Shown here piece after piece: positions 16,738-22,628 of a DNA stretch of 22,628 nt (positions within the stretch are counted from its first letter, which is position 1; each line of letters starts with the position of its first letter). The notes under the pieces are model-generated. The model saw only the letters and a list, made by a program, of their open reading frames with translations, was not told where the DNA came from and made no database searches. The stretch comes from Candidatus Eiseniibacteriota bacterium (lineage in GTDB: Bacteria; Joyebacterota; Joyebacteria; Joyebacterales; Joyebacteraceae). A program made the position numbers and the translations under genes. Where the stretch lies: assembly GCA_043819135.1 (NCBI GenBank), contig JBDRFG010000149.1, positions 1 through 22,628 of the forward strand, given 5' to 3'.

Positions 16738-16783
16738 ATGTGAATCCATATTCACATCATAACCGCACCTGCTGTCATGTCAA
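16738..16783 (-). promoter_or_regulatory. tetR promoter with overlapping palindromic operator 2
   Basis: TTGACA (16783-16778), 16 bp spacer, TATGAT (16761-16756). ATGTGAAT-CCAT-ATTCACAT at 16738-16757 covers the expected transcription start. Confidence 0.8.
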
Positions 16784-16846
16784 CAAGAAACGTGCGCCCC
16801 TGGAAACACCAGCCTCGAAACGGCAAGTGGCCGCTGCCAAGGGGCG

Positions 16847-16882
16847 AAACGAGAAAGGGCCCGCTCTTGTGAACGAGCCCTT
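16847..16882 (-). terminator. Intrinsic terminator of tRNA-Asp
   Basis: Minus strand AAGGGCTCGTTC-ACAA-GAGCGGGCCCTT followed by TCTCGTTT. Confidence 0.75.
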
Positions 16883-16891
16883 CCCTTTGTA

Positions 16892-16969
16892 TGGCGGGGC
16901 CGACGAGACTCGAACTCGCGACCTCCGGCGTGACAGGCCGGCGTTCTAACCAAACTGAACTACGACCCC
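16892..16969 (-). tRNA. tRNA-Asp (GTC), 78 nt, CCA encoded
   Basis: GGGGTCG TA GTTC AGTTTGGTTA GAAC G CCGGC CTGTCAC GCCGG AGGTC GCGAG TTCGAGT CTCGT CGGCCCC G CCA folds into a full cloverleaf. Confidence 0.98.
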
Positions 16970-16989
16970 GCTGGTCTTGCTAGGAGGCC

Positions 16990-17018
16990 AATATAGCAGC
17001 GACGAACCCCCGTGTCAA
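16990..17018 (-). promoter_or_regulatory. Strong sigma70 promoter of tRNA-Asp
   Basis: TTGACA (17018-17013), 17 bp spacer, TATATT (16995-16990) with TGn extension. Confidence 0.8.
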
Positions 17019-17056
17019 TCCGAAATGGCGCGCTCCGCGGCTGCCCGCCCAGAGGC

Positions 17057-18478
17057 TCACGGCTTCTCCCCGTAGGCCCTCTCGAACCTGACCCCGGCGT
17101 AGTAGTGCCTGAGGATCTCGTCGTACCGGTAGCCCTGGCGCGCCATCTCCATGGCGCCGTGCTGGCACATACCGATGCCATGGCCGTTGCCTCTCCCCTC
17201 GGCCGTGACGCCGGTGACCCGTCCGGCTCTTCTCTTCACCTCCAACTCGAACCAGGCGCTGCGGAGGATGCGATCGGTCCCGGGGCGTCTGAGCAGCCAC
17301 CTCACGCGGTCGCCGAAGACCCGGTACGTCCCCGTGCCCGTCTCTATCTCCATCCACCGGACTCGACCCGAGGGCGTGCGCACGGAGACGCGGATGTCCC
17401 TCACGTCTCCCAGCGGCTGCCTGACGGGAGTCGATGCCGTACCAGGGAGCTGCTCTCGAACGAGTCTGGCGATCTCGTCCCCGTCCCATGTCTCGGTCCA
17501 CCTGAAGTGCGCACCGCCGCTGCAGAAGGCGTCGTTGAACTGGTCCTCCTCGCGACTGTCCCAGACCTGCGTCAGATACGGAACCCTCGGCAGTCCCCAC
17601 ACCTCGTGCCGCGCGTCCGTGCGCCCTCCGCAGTTCGCGTGGAAATAGGCATGGATGGGCTCGCCGGAGTGGCTCATGAAAACCCCTGCGGTTTCGAGGA
17701 TAGCCCGGTCGCAGACCGCGTCTTCCCCGTCGACGCCCGCGTAGACCTGGTCGTCGACCGTGGCGTAGACATCGAAGCCGCCACCGGCCCGTCTCCCGCC
17801 CGACGCGATCGCGTACGTGCGGGCGGCGACCGCCTGCGCCTTGACTGCCTCTATCTCACTCTCCGGCCTCGCTCCAATCTCCTTGGGTACGACGCCTCGC
17901 AGGTATGACTCGACGTCCACCACGTTGACAACCGTGAGCGAGCCGCGCCCCGACGGAAACAGCTCTATCTCGCCCCTGTAGGACACGCCTTCAAAGACGA
18001 GCGGCCCTGCGGCCTCGGGACGAATGCGGATAGTCCCCGCGTCCATGCGGAAGTCGTCGCCGGGCCCGGAGCCTGTTATCCCGCCGCCCGCGACCCCGAA
18101 TCGCCACCTGTCTCCTGCCTGCGCACTCCAGCTCTCGAGCGAGTCCACGTACAGCGCGACGGTGAAATCCCCCTTGCCCGACACCATGGCGTCGCGCACG
18201 CCGTGGGCCAGCCCGACGCGGATGAAAGGCACGACGTCCGGAAGCTCGCCCTGCTCATGGCCGGAACCGCCTTCCGGCTCTTTCGCAATGTCGTGGTAGT
18301 CACTCGACTCCGGGCGCTCGCGGGGTCCTCCGCCATCCGACAGGGGCCACACCCCGGCGCACCCCGCTGAGAACATCGCCAGCGCAAGGAGCAGGACAGG
18401 CAGAAGAAGAGCGCCGCAGATGAACCGCGGCGCCCAGTGGAATCTCGTCATGAGCTGTGCTGGAAGCGATCGGGACAC
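17057..18478 (-). CDS. SpoIID/LytB domain protein (lytic transglycosylase-like), probable lipoprotein
   Basis: YRG, VNVVDVESYLRGVVPKE, EAVKAQAVAARTY, DQVYAG and GNGHGIGMCQHGA...ILRHYY. Lipobox-like SAGC follows a hydrophobic stretch. Alternative start at 18451. Confidence 0.92.
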   Translation of the reverse strand: MSRSLPAQLMTRFHWAPRFICGALLLPVLLLALAMFSAGCAGVWPLSDGGGPRERPESSDYHDIAKEPEGGSGHEQGELPDVVPFIRVGLAHGVRDAMVSGKGDFTVALYVDSLESWSAQAGDRWRFGVAGGGITGSGPGDDFRMDAGTIRIRPEAAGPLVFEGVSYRGEIELFPSGRGSLTVVNVVDVESYLRGVVPKEIGARPESEIEAVKAQAVAARTYAIASGGRRAGGGFDVYATVDDQVYAGVDGEDAVCDRAILETAGVFMSHSGEPIHAYFHANCGGRTDARHEVWGLPRVPYLTQVWDSREEDQFNDAFCSGGAHFRWTETWDGDEIARLVREQLPGTASTPVRQPLGDVRDIRVSVRTPSGRVRWMEIETGTGTYRVFGDRVRWLLRRPGTDRILRSAWFELEVKRRAGRVTGVTAEGRGNGHGIGMCQHGAMEMARQGYRYDEILRHYYAGVRFERAYGEKP

Positions 18479-18480
18479 GA

Positions 18481-19059
18481 TCAGTCTTCCTTCTTCTCCG
18501 GAGCCACGTCCGGCGGAGTCTCCGGCTGGTCGGCCTCGGCAGGTGTTTCGTCCACCGCGGTCTCGTCAGCCCCGACTGCCTCGTCCTCGATGGGCTCGTC
18601 GGCCGGCGTCTCTGCAACCTTGCGCTCGGCCTCGTCCCTGAGCTTCGCCTCTTCCTCGAGCCTGGCGCGCTTGTGTGTCATGTCCTTGAAGGTCACAGGC
18701 TCGGTCACCAAAGCCAGGATGGACAGGTGGGCTCCGTCGCCACGCCTGTCTTCGACCTTGACGATCCTGGTGTACCCGCCCGGGCGGTCCGCGTAGCGGG
18801 GCCCAAGCTCGCTAAACAGCTTCGCAACGACCTTCTTGCTCCGGATGACCTTGAGGGCCGTGCGCCTCGCCGCTAGATCGCCCTCTCCCCGCTTCCCCAA
18901 CGTGATCAGCTTCTCAGCGAGCGAGCGGGCTTCCTTGGCCTTCGCGTCGGTCGTCTCGATCTGCTCGAGATCAAGGAGCGTGGTCACCATGTTGCGAAGC
19001 ATGGCCTTCCTGTGACTCCACGTCCTGTTGAGCTTCCGCCCCTTGTGCCTGTGTCGCAT
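18481..19059 (-). CDS. rplQ: 50S ribosomal protein L17 with an acidic C-terminal extension
   Basis: [29 protein letters not shown] and [14 protein letters not shown]. Confidence 0.98.
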   Translation of the reverse strand: MRHRHKGRKLNRTWSHRKAMLRNMVTTLLDLEQIETTDAKAKEARSLAEKLITLGKRGEGDLAARRTALKVIRSKKVVAKLFSELGPRYADRPGGYTRIVKVEDRRGDGAHLSILALVTEPVTFKDMTHKRARLEEEAKLRDEAERKVAETPADEPIEDEAVGADETAVDETPAEADQPETPPDVAPEKKED

Positions 19060-19141
19060 CTACCGTCCTGCCTTTCTACCCCATCTCAGTCCCGAGCATT
19101 CGGCAGCGCCCGGACCCTGTATGCCGGCGCGGTGCGCCTCG

Positions 19142-20263
19142 CTACAGCGCGTCGTCGTCGATCTCGTCCTCTGCGGGAGCCTCCTCGGCCGCATCACTTG
19201 AATCGCCGTCCGGCTCCCCGCCCGAGGTCTCCGCGTCACCCGCGGCCTCCTCGCCCTCCCCCTCCGGTGTGTCCTCGCCCCAGTCGCCCCCAGGCAACAT
19301 GACGGCCTCGACGTCCATACCGAAGTGCAACCCCATATCGGAGAGGATGTCCACCAGCTCCTGGAGCGACTTCCGTCCGAAGTTTCGGTACTTCAGCATC
19401 TCGGCCTCGGACTTCTGCACCAGATCTCCGAGCGTCCGTATTCCCGCATCACGCAGGCAGTTAGACGACCTCACGGAAAGTTCGAGTTCCTCGACGCTGT
19501 GGTTCAGCACCTCCATGAGCTGCAACTGCTCCTTGTCGATCACCTCTTCCACTTCCTCCTCGGGCTCCACGTCGAACGACATCCAGAGAAGGAGATGGTC
19601 CTTGAGGATCTTCGCCGCGAAGGACACCGCGTCTTCCGGCGTGACCGTACCGTCCGTCCACACCTCGAGCATCAGCTTGTCGAAGTCGATGCGCTGGCCA
19701 ACTCGGGTGTTCTCGACTTCGTAGTGCACGCGTTTGACCGGCGAGAAGACCGAGTCGATCGGGATGAAGCCGATGGGCTTCTCGTCGAACTGGTGCTCTT
19801 CGGCCTGGACGTATCCCCTACCGGCGTCGATGATGACTTCCATGTGAAGCGTGGCATCGGCGCCAAGTGTTGCGATGTGCAGGTCGGGGTTTGTGATCTC
19901 GACGTTGGGATTAGGCGCGAAGTCAGACGCCTTGACGTCACCCTCGGATCTCCTGTCGAGAATCAGCGTTTCAGCTGAGTCGCTCAGAAGATTGACGTTC
20001 ATCTGCTTGAGATTCAGGATCAGTTCGGTCACGTCCTCTGTCACACCATCCACTACAGAGAACTCGTGCAGCACGCCATCGATGCTCACACCGATAACTG
20101 CGGCGCCCTGAAGTGACGAAAGAAGCGCTCGTCTCAGGGAGTTGCCGATCGTGATCCCGTATCCCCGCTCCAGAGGCTCCGCTGTGAGCCTCCCGTACGA
20201 CCCCGTTATCGTCTCGCGGTCCCAGACAACGGCATCGGGCATCCTAAGATTCTTCCACTTCAT
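19142..20263 (-). CDS. rpoA: DNA-directed RNA polymerase subunit alpha with an acidic C-terminal extension
   Basis: EPLERGYGITIGNSLRRALLSSLQG, HEFS, ELSVRSSNCL and NFGRKSL. ATG 20263 follows AGGAGG. Confidence 0.98.
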   Translation of the reverse strand: MKWKNLRMPDAVVWDRETITGSYGRLTAEPLERGYGITIGNSLRRALLSSLQGAAVIGVSIDGVLHEFSVVDGVTEDVTELILNLKQMNVNLLSDSAETLILDRRSEGDVKASDFAPNPNVEITNPDLHIATLGADATLHMEVIIDAGRGYVQAEEHQFDEKPIGFIPIDSVFSPVKRVHYEVENTRVGQRIDFDKLMLEVWTDGTVTPEDAVSFAAKILKDHLLLWMSFDVEPEEEVEEVIDKEQLQLMEVLNHSVEELELSVRSSNCLRDAGIRTLGDLVQKSEAEMLKYRNFGRKSLQELVDILSDMGLHFGMDVEAVMLPGGDWGEDTPEGEGEEAAGDAETSGGEPDGDSSDAAEEAPAEDEIDDDAL

Positions 20264-20312
20264 TCTGCTCTGGCCTCCTTGGAGCTGGGCCACCATCGGC
20301 CGAAGCCGTGGA

Positions 20313-20942
20313 CTACCTCGAGTAGAAGTTGACGATCAGCTGCTCGTTCACGGGCGACGGGATCTGGTCTCGCGACGGCAGATCCAGCACGCGACCCATG
20401 AATCTCTTCGGATCGAGTTCCAGCCAATCGACGGTCCCGACTCCGCTCTTCGCATCGACCGACATCCTCACCTCGTGCAGCTTCTGGCTCTTCTCCCGCA
20501 CGACGACTTCGTCCCCAGGCTTGATCGAATACGAGGGGATGTCGACCTTGCGCCCGTTCACCGTTATGTGTCCGTGTACAACAAGCTCTCTCGCAGCGGA
20601 CCTGGAGTAAGCGAAGCCCAGTCGGTACACGATGTTGTCCAGCCTCCGCTCAAGAAGCCTCATCAGGTTCTCGCCTGTAATGCCACGCTGATGGTCGGCT
20701 TCCGCGTAGTAGTTCCTGAACTGCTTCTCCAGCACCCCGTAGAGACGCTTGGCCTTCTGCTTCTCCATGAGCTGGATACCGTACTCCGTGGGCTTCCGGC
20801 GGCGCCTCTGGCCGTGCTGCCCCGGACCGTAAGGGCGCCTCTCAAATGCGCACTTGTCGGTGGAGCAACGCGTGCCCTTCAGAAAGAGCTTGGCGCCTTG
20901 TCTGCGGCAGATCCTGCACCGCGGACCGTGATACGTTGCCAT
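20313..20942 (-). CDS. rpsD: 30S ribosomal protein S4 (Cys-containing, zinc-binding type)
   Basis: GPRCRICRR...KC..ERRPYGPGQHG, LERRLDN and HGHITVNG. Confidence 0.98.
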   Translation of the reverse strand: MATYHGPRCRICRRQGAKLFLKGTRCSTDKCAFERRPYGPGQHGQRRRRKPTEYGIQLMEKQKAKRLYGVLEKQFRNYYAEADHQRGITGENLMRLLERRLDNIVYRLGFAYSRSAARELVVHGHITVNGRKVDIPSYSIKPGDEVVVREKSQKLHEVRMSVDAKSGVGTVDWLELDPKRFMGRVLDLPSRDQIPSPVNEQLIVNFYSR

Positions 20943-20959
20943 CTAGTGACCCTCCGTTC

Positions 20960-21331
20960 TCAGACTCTTCTCTTCTTGGGAGGACGGCACCCGTTGTGCG
21001 GAATGGGTGTCACGTCCCTGATCGCGGTGATCTTGAGCCCCGCGACCTGGAGCGCGCGAACTGCCGCCTCGCGCCCGGGTCCCGGTCCCCACACCAGCGC
21101 TTCTACCCTGCGAAGCCCCATCGGAATCGCCTGCTCGGCCGCGTTGCTCGCTACGAGCTGCGCGACGAACCCCGTGCTCTTCTTCGACCCCTGAAACCCG
21201 ACCCGCCCGGCGCTCGACCACGAAATCGTGTTGCCGTTCTTGTCGGTCAGGGTAACTATCGTGTTGTTGAAGCTCGCTCGGATGTGCGCGACTCCGTCGG
21301 GCTCAACCACCTTCTTCTTACGCTGAGCCAA
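20960..21331 (-). CDS. rpsK: 30S ribosomal protein S11
   Basis: [20 protein letters not shown] and [21 protein letters not shown] start after GGGAGG. Confidence 0.98.
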   Translation of the reverse strand: MAQRKKKVVEPDGVAHIRASFNNTIVTLTDKNGNTISWSSAGRVGFQGSKKSTGFVAQLVASNAAEQAIPMGLRRVEALVWGPGPGREAAVRALQVAGLKITAIRDVTPIPHNGCRPPKKRRV

Positions 21332-21350
21332 GACTACCTCCCGTCACCGG

Positions 21351-21737
21351 CTAGGCCTTCTTGCCGGCCTTCTTCCTCTTACCTGCTACTGTCTTCTTTG
21401 GTCCCTTTCTCGTGCGCGCGTTCGTTCTCGTCCTCTGGCCGCGGCACGGCAGACCCCGCCTATGGCGCCACCCACGGTAGCAGCCAATATCCTTCAGGCG
21501 CTTGATCGACAGGGCGATCTCGGTCCTGAGATTACCCTCCACGCGATAGCTGTTCTCGAGCACCTGCCTTATGCGCCCGAGCTCCTCCGCCGAGAGATCC
21601 TTGACCCGTGCAGACTCATCCACCCCCGCCTCTCTAAGGATCTTCTCCGACGACGTGCGACCCACTCCGTAGATGTACGTGAGCGCGACGACAGCCCGCT
21701 TGTTGTCAGGAACATCAACTCCGACAATACGCGCCAA
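21351..21737 (-). CDS. rpsM: 30S ribosomal protein S13
   Basis: [16 protein letters not shown] and [29 protein letters not shown] start after GGGAGG. Confidence 0.98.
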   Translation of the reverse strand: MARIVGVDVPDNKRAVVALTYIYGVGRTSSEKILREAGVDESARVKDLSAEELGRIRQVLENSYRVEGNLRTEIALSIKRLKDIGCYRGWRHRRGLPCRGQRTRTNARTRKGPKKTVAGKRKKAGKKA

Positions 21738-21761
21738 CGCGATTCCCTCCCTTTCGCGGCG

Positions 21762-21875
21762 TTAACCCTGCCGCTGATTGTGCCTTCTGTTCTTGCAGAT
21801 GACTCGGACTCGTCCGTGCCTCTTGATGAGCTTGCAGTGCTCACAGATCTTTTTTACAGAAGAACGTACCTTCAT
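21762..21875 (-). CDS. rpmJ: 50S ribosomal protein L36 (zinc-ribbon type), 37 aa
   Basis: [46 protein letters not shown]. Confidence 0.98.
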   Translation of the reverse strand: MKVRSSVKKICEHCKLIKRHGRVRVICKNRRHNQRQG

Positions 21876-21915
21876 GTTGCCTCCCGACGCGCGAGGGACC
21901 ACCCTAGTGTCCGTA

Positions 21916-22134
21916 TCACTTGTAGCGGTAAGTGATGCGTCCCCGCGACCAGTCATACGGAGAGACCTCTACCGTCACCCTGTCACCGGGAAGTATCTTG
22001 ATGTAGTGCATGCGCATCTTCCCGGAGATGTGTGCCAGGACCTTGTGCCCGTTGTCGAGCTCGACCCTGAACATGGCGTTCGGCAGCGCCTCGACTACAA
22101 CTCCCTCGACTGTGATACCTTTCTGCTTCGCCAT
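21916..22134 (-). CDS. infA: Translation initiation factor IF-1
   Basis: [56 protein letters not shown]. Confidence 0.98.
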   Translation of the reverse strand: MAKQKGITVEGVVVEALPNAMFRVELDNGHKVLAHISGKMRMHYIKILPGDRVTVEVSPYDWSRGRITYRYK

Positions 22135-22201
22135 CAACCCCCCTGGGTGCCGCGATGTCCCGCGGGGCTGCCTCTTGAGCCCCCGGGACCAGCCGGCGCC
22201 C

Positions 22202-22628
22202 TCACTGCGTGAGAATGTCAGCCCCTGTCGTCGTCACGGCGACGGTGTGCTCGAAGTGCGCCGACCTGTGCCGGTCAGCGGTGACGACCGTCCAGTTGTC
22301 CGCCAACGTCTCTACCCCGGGCACTCCGGCGTTGATCATGGGCTCTATCGCCAGGATCATCCCCGCCTTGAGGACCGGCCCCCGCCCCGGATCACCGTAG
22401 TTCGGTATCTCCGGCGGCTCGTGAAGCTCGGTCCCGACTCCGTGCCCCGACAGCTCCCTGACGACCGAGAAACCCGCCTCCTCGGCCAAGAGCTGGATCG
22501 CGTGCGAGACGTCTGACAGGTGCACTCCCTCGCTCACGATCGAGATCCCCGTCTCCAGAGCCTGTCTGGTCACCGCGACCAGACGCTCCGTCCTCTCGGT
22601 GATCCCGCCTATCGCGAAAGTCCGCGCC
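22202..22628 (-). CDS. map: Type I methionyl aminopeptidase, C-terminal part (5' end outside the window)
   Basis: GHGVG..LHE.P, AIEPMIN and SAHFEHTV. The frame is open to the window edge (ARTFAIG...), and the position before infA is canonical. Confidence 0.96.
   Translation of the reverse strand, partial: ARTFAIGGITERTERLVAVTRQALETGISIVSEGVHLSDVSHAIQLLAEEAGFSVVRELSGHGVGTELHEPPEIPNYGDPGRGPVLKAGMILAIEPMINAGVPGVETLADNWTVVTADRHRSAHFEHTVAVTTTGADILTQ

Larger units (their letters stand above)
11253..16917. mobile_element. Putative tRNA-Asp-integrated genomic islet without an integrase
   Basis: A five-gene co-oriented cassette bounded by the intact tRNA and a degenerate copy of its 3' end. Confidence 0.5.

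Noticed and set aside
1..22628. CRISPR array, IS/transposase, integrase or rRNA
   Set aside because: I saw no regularly spaced repeats and no transposase, recombinase or rRNA signatures in the window.

Overview
High-GC bacterial chromosome segment from a diderm organism. An FCB-group candidate phylum is an inference, based on a secreted protein with a FlgD/T9SS-like C-terminal domain. The right end (17057-22628, minus strand) is the core map-infA-rpmJ-rpsM-rpsK-rpsD-rpoA-rplQ block, followed by a SpoIID/LytB lipoprotein gene and tRNA-Asp(GTC). Downstream of the tRNA is a ~5.6 kb cassette (TetR, MMPL/RND transporter, LolA-like protein, outer-membrane barrel, cupin). The cassette has two palindromic operators and is closed by a degenerate copy of the tRNA 3' end, so it looks like an integrase-less islet. 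The left part holds a B12-dependent radical SAM gene, an unannotated 24-aa Lys/Pro-rich microprotein with its own promoter, RBS and terminator, a decayed aldo/keto reductase, a large transglutaminase-like protein, a hemerythrin plus atypical kinase pair, a secreted metallophosphoesterase, a DUF6498-like membrane protein and a partial DAK2 gene. The most notable item is a 57-aa bacterial histone-fold gene (393-566, minus) with a clear promoter and a long strand-specific 3' RNA hairpin. All calls come from motif recognition by eye; no database searches were run.
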